From: Eledone cirrhosa
Taxonomy: Eukaryota
DNA length: 64,000 nt
Reading direction: 5' to 3'
Assembly: GCA_964016885.1 (NCBI GenBank)
Contig: OZ024743.1
Coordinates: 278,442,001 to 278,506,000 of the forward strand
Shown here: piece after piece, positions 1-13,142 of the stretch
Position numbering within the stretch: position 1 is the first letter of the stretch
Layout: each line of letters starts with the position of its first letter
The notes under the pieces: model-generated
What the model saw: the letters and a program-made list of their open reading frames with translations, nothing else
What the model was told of the DNA's origin: nothing
Database searches by the model: none
Made by a program: the position numbers and the translations under genes

Positions 1-156
1 ACTATGTGATTTAAGAAACATCACACCATATACATACGTCCGCGGAAACAAATATACTCACGCAACCATATAATCTTATACGCAATTTTATACATATACA
101 TATTCATATATATGTATATATACATACATACATATGTATATATATATATATATGTT

Positions 157-300
157 TATCCCTGGTTCAATCGGGAGTAGCCATAGTAAGTATGGTACTC
201 AACACATAGCAGAGTATAAATATTTATTTAATATAGAAATGGATTCTACAGGACTAGAACTGTTTCATTCGGAAGAAATCATAAGGAAAGCCTGATGATA
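157..300 (-). mobile_element. Penelope-like pLTR 3' stub (family P1) with degenerate hammerhead and mini fold-back
   Basis: Reverse-complement homolog of 52461-52645; flanked by (TA)n; hammerhead-like CTTATGA..GAAAC..GTA on minus strand. Confidence 0.6.
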
Positions 301-327
301 TATATTATTTCTGGCAATATTATTATA

Positions 328-357
328 ACAACATGACCCTCCCAAAGTATAACAATA
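328..357 (+). mobile_element. 3' terminal stub of the PLE family at 25241-26720
   Basis: CAACATGACCCTCCCAAAGTATAACAA followed by (TA)n, identical to that element's 3' end. Confidence 0.7.
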
Positions 358-427
358 TATATATATATATATAAAATAAAGTAATTAAGTCAAATATTTA
401 AGATTTGGCTTCGTTTATTAAAGATGT

Positions 428-482
428 ACTGCTATATATATTTCGGTGACAGCCATCATTGGCTGTGACCTCTTCAGGCACT
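428..482 (-). ncRNA. Hammerhead ribozyme, inverted copy
   Basis: Reverse complement of 617-671 with one stem I mismatch. Confidence 0.75.
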
Positions 483-616
483 TCAAATTGGTGTGGTAGA
501 GACAGGTACACATGTTGTTAAAGTGTCAATACTCAGATATGTCCAGCTCCTGGTTGGGTTGTTATTTCTCTGAGGAACTGGAATCATGTGGAACTGTCTC
601 TACCACACCAATTCGA

Positions 617-671
617 ACTGCCTGAAGAGGTCACAGCCAATGATGGCTGTCACCGAAATATATATAGCAGT
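617..671 (+). ncRNA. Type I minimal hammerhead ribozyme
   Basis: ACTGC-CTGAAGA-stem II (GGTCACAGCCA/TGGCTGTCACC)-GAAA-TATATATA-GCAGT; stem I ACTGC/GCAGT; AUA cleavage triplet. Confidence 0.85.
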
Positions 672-825
672 ACATCTTTAATAAACGAAGCCAAATCTTA
701 AATATTTGACTTAATTACTTTATTTTACATTACTCCGGAGTAACCAAACCAACCTGCGTACTTCGTCGAGTGCTCCAATCTGCATACTGAGGTGTCGGTA
801 AACAATCAACAAATACTCAAAATTG

Positions 826-1101
<276 letters not shown>

Positions 1102-1159
1102 GCTCCGGAGCTGTTTGGTAAACTAGATGTTGAGGGTTCGTACCACTCCGGAACCTCCA

Positions 1160-2161
1160 AGTGATAGCTTAGTTTTCCCAATCGTGAGAGTTTGTGAGTT
1201 CGAGTCCCAGACCGGCCGATGATTTGTGTTCTTAAGCAAGAGACTTAAAGGAAAGAAATGTTTCTCTTTGTTGAATATAAGTCACCAATTTAGCGGAGAA
1301 GTATTTAGAAGTTGGTAAGGTTGCCACGAGGAACCAGGTTTGGTAGAAAGATATGATAGGAATATCGACCACGACTTTAGCTTGTTTTTACATTATTTAT
1401 TAACAAAGGTTGAGCTGGCATGCCAAGAGAAATAAAACAAACGAATTAAGATTCCAGAAAGACACGGGCTACTGGCTGAGAGAAGCGTTGCCAGGCCGTG
1501 GTTAAATTGTTGTGTTACATATTGGCTAGTGATTTCACGGCACAAGAAAAATGGTTGTTTACCTTAGCACGGTCGAAGATTTGAATCTTTACGGGCTATT
1601 TCTCCCTCAGAACGCGTAGGGATACACCCTCTTCTACTGGCGCTGATTGGCTGAGCTGAGCCAAATCACGCACAGAGAATGTATGTGAGCCCGCGGAATG
1701 TAGCTCACTACATCACCTCCGAGCAGATTTTTAGCCGAAAATCGTTAACGATGAAGCCGAGGACCCACAGATTATTGAATCAGCAAGAACAAATGCTGAA
1801 AGTGCACATCAGTGAAAAAATAATTGAGCAGAAAGATGCATGCAAGAAAATAAAAATGAGGCGCGACGGGCCGTGTTGAGCCGCTGTCAAATGACTAGCT
1901 GTTTTGTAGTTTATACGTGACCACCAAACGTCTACCAGAAAACAGCTAGTCATTTGACTCCGTTGTAAAATTGAGTTGCCACGTCACAGGTATCAGGTTA
2001 TATCAGTTCCTGCTTTTCTCCTGGACATCAGCGGTGTCGTGATGAGAAGAGATTGGTGTACATGAGCGACTGCTAGTCGTCCATAAAAACACCTTGCCTG
2101 GTCGTGTGCCACGGAGTGGACCTCTTTAAGTGTAAACTTATGGTCATTCGTGATTGAAGAG

Positions 2162-2165
<4 letters not shown>
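1160..2165 (+). mobile_element. tRNA-derived SINE family 2, split by an unclassified ~700 bp insert
   Basis: B-box-like GAGTTCGAGTCCC and GTGTTCTTAAGCAAGAGACTT at 1193-1247; SINE-like body resumes about 1960; related heads at 4685-4975(-) and 61763-62040(+). Confidence 0.45.
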
Positions 2166-2230
<65 letters not shown>

Positions 2231-2273
2231 TTCTCTCTCTCTGTATATATATATATATATACAGAGAGAGAGA

Positions 2274-2472
2274 AAATATTTAGCCCCGAGGGCAGAGCTC
2301 AAGCCGTTTCGACGGCTGTTTCTGGACTAAATTTAGTACAGAAATAGCTGTCGAAACGGCTTGAGCTCTGCCGTCGGGGTTAAATATTTTCCTATTACCC
2401 ACTCTACTACCTTAAGTATTGAGTAATCTGGTGCGTTATGGTCCATCTGGTTCCTTACCACATTTCCTTCGT
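2274..2472 (+). mobile_element. Fold-back PLE pLTR stub (family P2)
   Basis: Palindrome 2274-2390 plus extension to (TA)n; homolog at 35686-35860(-); 3' half of a hammerhead GAAAC-GGC..GCC-GTC-GGGG. Confidence 0.65.
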
Positions 2473-2800
2473 TATATATATAAATATATATATATATACT
2501 TTAATTCCTCAGGACCTTCATCATCATCAACACTCATTAACACCACACGCCACACCTCAGAAACATCCAAATCTCTCTTATATATAGTCACACATTTCAA
2601 CACAACCTGATCTCAGTTTGACAATCGCCACAGACAGACGAATGCGAGAAAGGTCTCCAACCCAAGTTAACCAGGAATCTCTAAAATTCTTCCCACCGAA
2701 GTTAACAAAGAACTTACTGGATCTACCAACTCATAATATTGTAATATTATATTATAACGTTAAATAATACAAATTTTTAATTCATTCTTTTGCTTTTTTT

Positions 2801-2861
<61 letters not shown>

Positions 2862-3118
2862 AGGGTGTGTAACGTGAAGTTTCTGTAGGTTCACGCAGGT
2901 GAGCACTCGATGTTTACGTACACTTCAGTGGCCAGGTGTAGAGCTAGGTAGAGTGTAATGTAATTGTATAATAATAGGAGAATGATTTGTTAAGCCTTCA
3001 TTACATTTATTAATTGGTGATATGCGTTTCGCTATTGATCAGCTCAAAGTTAGATATGTATCGATCTGACCGACTCTGGAAGCAAAAGCTTAACATATCG
3101 TCTTTGTATTATTATGTT

Positions 3119-3306
3119 AGGGCGGTGGATTGGCAGTATCGGTGGAGGGTCGGACGCCATGCTTTCCAGCATAGTTACGTCCCTTTACGATCTGAGTTCA
3201 AATCCCGCCGAAGTTGACTTTACCTTTCATCCTTACGGGGTCGATAAAATAAAGTACCAGTAATGCCCTAGGTAGTTGCTGGCCTTGTGCCTAAAGTAGA
3301 AACAAT

Positions 3307-3308
<2 letters not shown>
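3119..3308 (+). mobile_element. tRNA-derived SINE family 1 (Nin-like central domain)
   Basis: Head GGCGGTGGATTGGCAG, B box GAGTTCAAATCCC, core CCTTTCATCCTTACGGGGTCGATAAAATAAAGTACC, tail GTAGAAACAATT; about ten copies in the window. Confidence 0.85.
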
Positions 3309-3337
<29 letters not shown>

Positions 3338-3601
3338 TGTGTGTGTGTGTGTGTCACTTTTGCCAAAGCTATATATCATTTCAATTTTGTTTGTTTTTTT
3401 ATAAAACGTAAGGGTCTTGACGCAAAATTATAGCAACTTTTTAAATACAAAAGCATTCCTCGTAGACGATCTTTTAAAATCGCCAATTCTTTTGTAATGT
3501 ATAAACACACATATACGCAGACATATATCACTCTCTCTCTCTCTCTCCCTGTGTATATATATATATATATATATGTGTGTGTATATATATATGTATATGT
3601 A

Positions 3602-4157
<556 letters not shown>

Positions 4158-4632
4158 GAGAGGTGGGCGAGAGAAGTGGAGAGAGAGAATGCGTGCATAA
4201 AACACAATTCAATCTTCATCTTGTGACACGATCAAAATTTCTTATAATAATATTCTCATAAGTTTATGAAATTTTGTATCTGTTCTGGTATACCAACTTT
4301 TTTCCCTACAGGTTTTTCCCTACAGGTTTGTCCAAGTTATATTTTTATTGTTTCAGAACATTTGAAAGGTTTCTGAATTGCCATATATCCATAATGACTG
4401 GGATTATGTTTTATGCCTGTAGCATTATCTAGATGAGATATATATCAATCTTGGTAGGACGACATTTATCGCACGTAGCTTTTCTTATGCTAGAGGAACG
4501 ATTTCCGACATTGCAAGCAAACATACGACCTGTTCATTCTCTACATTTACTTCTGATCACAGGGGTGAAAGATGAAGAGGTGAAAGATGAAGAGGTGAAA
4601 TCGGTCGCTTTAGAGTTACTTAGGGATAGTTA

Positions 4633-4684
<52 letters not shown>

Positions 4685-4689
<5 letters not shown>

Positions 4690-4975
4690 ATATATGAGAG
4701 TCTTACTATAAACTAAATGATCTGGCCTTCGTTCGACAAGATTCCAGACCTCAATCCCTTACTGAATGTGTTGGAACTCCTCAAATCTGATCAAGGAAAA
4801 ATGTTCCATTGGTCTTTCCATTGCTGATGCGATCTGCCTGTGGTAACTAGATGTAGAAAGAGCAACGTGAAATAAAGTGTCTTGGTGAAGGACATTACAC
4901 ATCACCCTGTCCGGGAATCGAACTCGCAACCTCAAGTTTGCGAATCCAATTCACTAACCACAAAACCACGCGCAG
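4685..4975 (-). mobile_element. SINE family 2
   Basis: Minus strand GTGGTTAGTG..GAGTTCGATTCCC..TGTCCTTCACCAAGACACTTTATTTCACGTTGCTC. Confidence 0.6.
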
Positions 4976-5368
4976 ATAACAGGATGCAAAATACCTAACT
5001 CCTCGCTAGTTGTCCTCAATGTACTGTAGCGACCTGATCTGCTACACCATCATATGTACAGATTTTGGATCCAAACTGTCCAAGGGGGCTTGTATACTCC
5101 AACAGAATTTGAATTAAGAATTCAAACCGTCGGAAGAAATACAGCAAGAAATACTGTACATGCAAACTATTTATTGACCCTGAAAGAGATGAGAAGCCGA
5201 TTTGAACTAAGCACACAAATAATAAGAGAAAATTCCGCAAGTCATTTTGCTGAACGCACTAACATTTCTCTCAGTTTGACGTGATGCATCACATTTCTTT
5301 ATTAGTTGAAAATATACTCAAAGGATTCTATGATTCGACATACGATTTACACCTCCAGCTATTCAATA

Positions 5369-5449
<81 letters not shown>

Positions 5450-5459
5450 AGCTCACATA

Positions 5460-5675
5460 GGGCGGTGTATTGGCAGTATCTATAGAGCATCGGGGACTAT
5501 GTTTCACGACACAGAACTACGGCCCTTTATTTTCTGCGTTCAAATCCCGCTGGGGTTAGCTTTGCCTTTCATCCCTACAGTGTCGATAAAATAAAGTACT
5601 AGTCACGCACTGGGATCGATTTTATCGACTTTTCCCTGCCCAAAAATTGCTGGCTGTGTGCCTAAAGCAGAAACC
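5460..5675 (+). mobile_element. SINE family 1 with 18 bp TSD
   Basis: Family motifs; TSD ATTATTA(C/T)AGCT(C/A)ACATA at 5442-5459 and 5676-5693; preceded by (ATT)n 5370-5448. Confidence 0.85.
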
Positions 5676-5697
5676 ATTATTATAGCTAACATATTGT

Positions 5698-5892
5698 GTG
5701 GTGGATTGGAAAAATCGGTAGCTAGACAGATAAAATAATTGCGACATTTGCTCCTGCTCTTTACATTTAAACCCAGCCGAGGAATAACTTTTCCAGGTCG
5801 ATGAAATAAAGTGCCAGTCAAATACTGGGTTGATCTAATCCATTTCTCCCTCACCACAAATTACAGGCTTTCTGCCTACATTACAAATCATT
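5698..5892 (+). mobile_element. Degenerate SINE family 1
   Basis: GTGGATTGG head, GGTCGATGAAATAAAGTGCCAG core. Confidence 0.6.
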
Positions 5893-6870
5893 ATAAATGC
5901 TCACACCTATTTAGGAGTAGATGACCTTCTACGAAGTTACTAGTCATACAAGTGGTTTAATAAGGCAGCCCAGTCATATTCCATAAGTTCCCAGCTTAGG
6001 GTAAATATACTAACTGCATTTCTTACTAATATCGGTAGGTGTTCATTATATGTAAGTATTTTAACATGGATTTCGGATATAATTATTACTTGGATCTAAA
6101 ATTATCATGTTGAAAACAATATTAAAAAATATATATATATTCCCTTTGTCAGTTGTTTTATGGTGGTAGAAATGTAACCTTAAGTTACTGAACAAAACAG
6201 ATTAATGATAAATTTACCTTTGACAATTTGCTTCAGCTTAAACAGAACAGAAATTTTGGGAACATCCGACTCATCCTAACCAACTACCAAAGGATTTCAC
6301 CCGAACACTGACGCTAAAAGCATCAACTCTTTGCGAAACTTATTCTACTCTACGGCTTCCTTCTTCAGTTAAGGATCAAATCTGTTAGGAATTTTTGAAG
6401 AACTTCAAATTCCTTAAAATTTACCATATCATCTTTCACCTAGTTATCTCACAAGAACAGCTTTCATAGGCTTATGAGTTCAAATGTCTCTATCTAGAAC
6501 AATGAACAAGAAACAATATAGGTTTGAGGATTGCTTGGAGTCAGATGTCAGTTGAGTGTCCATTCGTCAGATGATATCTGCCACATGAAAAGAAATAAGT
6601 GAAGTTGTAACCAACGAGACAGGTAAGAGAGTGTGGGTGAAAGAGCGGGAGGAGAAGGAAGATATAAAAAGAGAGAAGGGAAACAGTTGTATTTAAAAAA
6701 CAGTAGCAAAAGTAACAAAGAGAAAATCTGCCAAGTTATTGAAGCTGACTGTATTTGTTTTATTTTAAAACACTTAAAGATTATAAATATTTCTTTTATT
6801 GCTGCAAGAATGACTGCTGATAGGAAATTACAAGGACACATTACAAAAGGTGATGATATAATAATAAAGA

Positions 6871-8700
6871 TTTCTTTATTAACCACGCAAGGGTCACTTT
6901 AAGGAAATATTAAAAATGGCACAGGACGATAGAAAACAATTTAATATGTGGAGAAAGTATAACTAAAAAAGAACAAACAAAATTCCAGCCAAAAAATCTT
7001 CGACATGGGGAACTTCCGAGGGTAGCTTGTGGAGAAAGCCCACAAAAACCATGGTCACTCTAACAGCTGGCACAATTGCCTCCTCCCAGTTATCCTCCTC
7101 CAATCTACAGGTGCACATGCAAAGCAGGCTCATTCACTCGGGTCATGTTCACCACTATCACCCACATTTCAACAAACTGGTTGGAATATAGCACAATCTT
7201 CACGATCTTCACGAGACAGCAGATGTTGGACATAAACCCGCAGTACACCCGGCGGTTTTCTTGCCATGCCCACATCTTCGACAGGCTCGGCAGTCAGCAC
7301 TTCCATGTCTGTAGAGGTTATCTGGAACTGTCAATGTTGTCCTTTAGCACTGCCAGGACAGGGATTTCTGGCGGTTATCTTTGGGCCCTGGATCGAATGT
7401 CCTCTGGAAAAGAGTAGCTAGTTTATTTTCGTCAATGCCCAGATGCTCCCCAAGTACTTCATCACTTTTACCCACCAATAACGCTCAATGTGGTGTCTCC
7501 AACGATCGTACAACATTGGTTAAATGTTTCTCATTTTATCACTTAGTAAAGTCGGCCCCAATCGAACATTTTCGACTCATCTAAGTTGATCAGCTCTCCA
7601 TGCCTGCCAGGTTCTTTAGACATTCTCTGTATGATGTGTCGTATAACATGGAGGATGTCGTGGATGAATCAGACAGGAATGCTGCATGTTTGCGCCTTCC
7701 TTGCCAGATCACCTAAAACACGCGCCAAATTCGTCGCTAATACCTTGGTCAACAGATTAAGCTCAGCGTTTATCAGATCTATATGCTTGATATTAACTAT
7801 ATCGCCCCCCTTGTTCATGTGCTCTCTCGGCGGGGCCACCGCACCTCGACTCACAGAACTGGTAATTCTCCCATTCGTTTGCCAGTGGGCGTAGACTTGC
7901 GCTAAGAGGTCGCCGAGAAGTCTGGCATGTTTGCGCAAAGCTTGTAGAACAGACCATACAAACCAGGCGATTTTCCCCACGTGCAGCTACTCATCACATT
8001 CCCATATTTTATCCGTATCATCGTCTTTTCGCATTACACCACATTCCTCGTTAAGAGTCAGGGTAGTGTATCCAGGTAGGCTCTGAAATCCATCCTTTTA
8101 GCTTGTCCACCATAGCACCTGAACATTTGAGCGAAGTGTCGCTGCAAACCCGTTCACATCTGTTTGGGATCGATAATCACGCGTCCATCGTATTTCACCA
8201 AAGACCTGATTGTGGCTTTATTTCCATGCCATTCCTTCACCGCTCGAGCCCCGCGAATAACTTTCGTACCCAAGTGTAGAAGAGCACGCCCCCTTGCTCT
8301 GACAATGCAACCTTCGTGCTTCACGTTGAAGAATTGACCAAGGGCCAATCTAACCACGAGCACGTCGGCTGCAATGCCTTTTCCAAGACCTCTTCTAGCT
8401 GTCTATCTAGTTCTCACTTTAGTTCAGTTTACTCTATCGCTACTCAATTATTAAACCTTGTCAATTCTACTCTAATTGCAATTTTCAAAGCGAACTGTTG
8501 TTGATGATTTCCCTTTTCAACGCCTGCTTAACTAATTCACCAATATGCAGTCTGTCTAGTCAACTACTTTGAAATGTGGATACACTATGCTAGTCTTGTC
8601 TATTTCCCTCCAGAATACCCTATCTAAATACGATGTGAATGACCCGATATAGCTAGTCCACATCCACATTGGCACTCCCTCAGCACTTCTCAGATAACAG
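6871..8700 (-). mobile_element. Old, degraded Tx1-clade LINE (subfamily C)
   Basis: Fragments homologous to Tx1 ORF2 (VYAHWQTNGRITSSVSRGAV, QFFNVKHEGCIVRAR) and the same 3' end CCCTTG..GGTTAATAAAGAAATC. Confidence 0.8.
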
Positions 8701-8779
8701 TTGAAACACCTATGACTATAGGGTTAAGATGGAGATCGAGATCAATTACATCAAAAACCTTCCGAGAAGCTGTTTCACA

Positions 8780-9180
8780 CATTAGATTAATACAGTCTAC
8801 AGAAAAATAAAATGTATTTAAAAACTAGCGAGAAAAACATGAACAGTCCCGTTTGGAATCAATGTGCTATGATCAATAAATATGGGTGCAAAGCAATACG
8901 TTGAGAATACACCTGGCTATGCAATGTCTCAATCAATACAAAATATTCTAATTTTCTAGCATTTCGCACAACTGTTTGAAGAAGTTGGTTTACATATACC
9001 CGATCAAAAGATATTTTGTTATAACTATTCTTTGTTCATTGTTCAATACTTTGTTTCTACTTCGTCTACGCGCTTCTTACATGATGGACATCTAAAGATG
9101 CGGTTTACAATATCTATCATTGATCGTCTTAAGATGATGTGACATGTGGATTATTGAATACAAATATTGAATTGAAATGG
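8780..9180. repeat. Unclassified dispersed repeat, homologous to 28420-28820
   Basis: Shared blocks AAACATGAACAGTCCCGTT, TGCAAAGCAATAC, TTTGTTATAACTATT.TTTGTTCATTGTTCAAT, ATGATGTGACATGT. Confidence 0.7.
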
Positions 9181-9223
9181 AGATGAATTAAATAATGTTA
9201 ATGATGATGGTGATAATAATAAT

Positions 9224-9411
9224 AATTGTTTCTAGTTTAGGCACAATGCCAGCAATTACCCAGTGTATTACCGCTACTTTATTTTATCGACCCCGTAAGG
9301 ATGAAAGGCAAAGTTAACCTCGGCGGGATTTGAACTCAGAATGGCAAGGGCCGTAACTCTATGCGTCAAAGCATGGCGTCCGAGTCTCTACCGATACTGC
9401 CAATTCACCAC

Positions 9412-9413
<2 letters not shown>
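9224..9413 (-). mobile_element. SINE family 1, flanked by (ATT)n on its sense strand
   Basis: Family motifs; AAT repeats on both sides on the + strand. Confidence 0.88.
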
Positions 9414-9461
<48 letters not shown>

Positions 9462-9703
9462 TTTTCTTTATTAACCACAAGGGTTTACATAAAGTAGATA
9501 TTAAGGACAGTACAGGACAATACAGGACGGTACAAATGGGCATTTCTGCGTGTAAAAAAACAGAGGTTGAAATAAAATAACAAAGAAAAATTCCCCAATA
9601 GGGGGGAGACTTCCGAGGGACATTTGTGGAGAAAGCCCATTAAAAGACCACAGTGGCCCTGACCACCAGGGCAAGTGCCCTCTCCCAGTTTTCCACCTTT
9701 AAT

Positions 9704-12700
9704 TTACAGACACATACTCAGAGAAGGCCCATTCATTCGGGCCATACTTGCTTCTCTCACCCATCTTTCAACAAAATGCTGGGAAGAGAGCACTTCCCTC
9801 TCTACTCTGATTTTCCTTTTCAAATGAAATTTGAAAAAGTTAATCAGGGCATCACCGAAGAGGTAAGTGCTCGTCTTCAGCCCTTTCAAACGTGTCCACC
9901 ATACTATCTCTTTCGCCATGGCCACCAGACAGATAAAAACTGCCTGCCCTTCCAGGCTAAAGGAAGGGGGCATGGCAATCCTCACGATGGACTCAGCTGA
10001 TAGCTGGATCCGTCCTACACGTGACAGCAGGTGTTCGACATAAACCCACAGGTCAGCAATGCTCGGACACTGGACGAGTGCGTGCAGGACGGTTTCGTCG
10101 CCCTGCGCGCATCTCGGACATGCCCGGCTGACGGCACCTCCATGCCTGTAGAGTTTATCCCGAACTGGCAAAGCTCCTCGGTAGCACTGCCAGGCCAGGG
10201 ATTTCTGGAAGTTGTCCATAGGCCCCGGCCTGAAAGTCCTTCCGAAGAGATTAGCTAGTTGATTTTCGTCGACGCCTAGAGTTTCTCCAAGTACGTCGTC
10301 GCTCTTCCCCTCCACTAATCCCCTATAGAACGCCAAAGTGGAGTTTCCACCGATCACATTGCCCGATTGGTCGAGGGCTGTGAGCGCCTGAAGACATTCC
10401 AGTCTCCAAGCGTTCCCTCTCGGTCTTCGCTTGACCCAGGACTGCAGCTCCGTCAAGGAGACGAGCTGGGGAAAAACGTGTCTTGCAAACGGCGACCACA
10501 CCTGATCACCGTCGAGGAAGAGGTGGAGATGTCGTAGCCTGAGCGCGTGTCTGCGCATCATCAGCCACGGCATGCCCAGCCCTCCATGTAGCGGGTGTTG
10601 ACAGCAGATGGACCGCCTGACCATCGGAGCGCGTCCCTTCCACAAAAAGCGAAAGAGCAAACGCACCAGCGCAGTCAGGCGGGGCTTAGGACAAGATACG
10701 ACGGTCAGGCGGTAGCAGATGACAGACGCAATGTACGCGTTAGCCACCTCCGCTCGACCTTTCAGGGATAGCTTCCTCTCCGCCCATTTCTGCGTGAGAG
10801 AAGCCACCCTGCTCGTTACCTCGTCCCAGTTTTTGTGCGTCTGGAAGTCCGGACCGAACCAGACCCCTAGCAATTTAACCGGTCTGTCCGTCCTGCCTTT
10901 CAAGGTGTGAGGAGCTGCAGGCCCACTGACTTTTCCTGGTTGATCATTGCTCCTGTCACCGCTTCGTATTCTCTTAGTGTAGTGCCGATCGCCTCGATGT
11001 GTTTGGCGTGCGACACCACTACGGTGACATCGTCCGCATATGCTGACACGGATCTTCCGCATCCTAGTTCGCGCGGGACGCCCCTCAACGTCTCCAGTTT
11101 GTGCAGTAATGGCTCGTGAGTCAATACGTACAAGAGCGACGAGAGGGAACATCCTTGGCGGACCGAGCGCATGATGTTGAACGGTTCTGACAGGTGACCG
11201 TTCACTCTCACCACAGAGCAGATGTCACTGTGCATGGCAGCGATACAGCCTCTGAAGACGGGCCCAAAGCCAGCCACACTCAGGACTGCCGCTAGGTAAC
11301 AATGGTCGACCCTATCGAAAGCTTTCGACTGATCTAAATTGATCAAAGACCCACCTGTGCCAGGTTCCCTAGCTACCCTCTCTACGATGTATCGTATGAG
11401 CTGGAGGTTGTCGTGGATGGATCTGTCGGGAATGGCGAATGTCTGCGCCTCTCCCACAAGACCACCAACGACAAGCGCCAACCTCTCTGCTAGCACCTTG
11501 GCCAAAATCTTGAACTCTGTGTTTAGCAGAGTTATGGGCCGGAAATTATCTATGTTATCCCTCTTGTTCGGATCCTTTCTCAGCAGTGCCACCGCTCCTC
11601 GGCTCACAGAACTGGGAATTCTCCCGTTCTGTTGCCAGTTGCAGTAGACGTCCGCCAAGAGGCCTCCGAACAAGTCTGGCATCTGTACGTAAAGTTCATA
11701 GGGCAGACCATCCAAACCAGGCGATTTACCCCTTGTGCAGCCAGTCATTGCCTCCCTTACTTCAGCGGCTGTCATCGGCTTTTCGCAACACTCCGCCTCA
11801 GTGGCCGAGAGCCGCGGAAGTCCGTCGAGGTAGACACTAAAGTTCATCCCTCGACCCGGCCCACCGCTGCCCCCGAACAGCTGAGCGAAGTGTCGCTGAA
11901 AAGCTTCACACATTTGCCCGGGATCGAGTAGCATGCGCCCGTCGTGGTCCACCAAAGACCGGATTGTGGCTTTGTTGCCACGACGCGCCTCCGCCACTCG
12001 GGCCCATTGAACGGCTTTCGCCCCCTCGTGTTTGAGAGCACGTACTCTAGCTCTGACAACGCAGCCTTTGTGCTTTGCATTGAAGAATTGGTCAAGGGCC
12101 AATTTCGCCGCAAGCACGTCGGTCGCAATGCCTTTGCTAAGCGCCTCGTCTAATTTTCTAACTAGTTCTCCCTCTGCTCTAATTTTCTCTCTTGCCTATT
12201 TTTATCTCTTGCCTATTTTTCTCTTACTAGACCTAATCGATTCTATTCTAATCGCTCTTTTCAGAGCAAACCTCCACTTCTTGTTGACGATGGCCCCCGT
12301 CAACGCCCGCTTAACTAGTTCGTTAATCCGGACTCTGTAGGCCTTGTGCGCTGGTAAGGACGCGTTTAGCTTCCAGTAGCCGGGGTCCTCGTCTATGAAG
12401 TCTATCTAAGTCAAGCACACAGATCGCGAATTTGTGGTCCGTGTAACTGACTATCTTGAATTGTGGTCAACCTATGCTAGACCTATCTATTTCCCTACAA
12501 AATACTCTATCTAGATATGATCTGGATGACCCTATGCGATTTGTCCAAGTCCACATTGGCACATTCGGGAAATCCAATCGGTACCTGTCAGACAGTTCAA
12601 AACGCCTGAGCAGGTTGGTGAGGCTCTTGCACCCCTATCCGCTAATCCCACACAGTCCCAGCGTGCATCTAAGATCCCGTTCCAGTCGCCCACTAACACT

Positions 12701-13107
12701 AAAGAGCGGGGCGTTCCAAGAAAGGTCTCCAGACGCCGGAAGAAATCAGGCCGCACTGCTCCTGTCGGGGCATAGACGGCCACTAGCCTGAAAGCTTGCC
12801 CGTCTCCGATGGTCACGTCCAGCACCACCAACTTGACCTCTGGGTCCAGGAAGATGGTCCGTATGGCGAGATCCAAACCTCTCCGAAAAAGCACAGCAAC
12901 TCCACCCCCCGATCCCGGACAGCTGGGAGATGCGTACACATCGTAGCCGCCGAAGATCGGTGCGAAGGCCCGTGCTTCAGAGATTCTGGTCTCGCTGATG
13001 GCCACTACATCTATGTTTAGTGACCTGAGGTCGTTGAGCAGGTGACCCTGCTTCCATGACGACCCCAAGCCACGCGCATTTATGCTGCCTATTCTGAGTG
13101 AGGTCAT
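9704..13107 (-). pseudogene. ORF2: APE endonuclease + reverse transcriptase + C-terminal zinc finger, frameshifted
   Basis: SINARGL, ISETR, GDWN, YLDR, KSPGLDG, FRPITLLN, DQSKAFDRVDH, RQG, AYADD, CPRC..ETVLHALVQC, spread over several frames. Confidence 0.92.
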
Positions 13108-13142
13108 GTTTAAAATAGAGTGGAACAGATGGGAAAGACCAC

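Noticed and set aside
3119-3220. tRNA gene
   Set aside because: A/B-box head continues into a multi-copy SINE body; no cloverleaf seen
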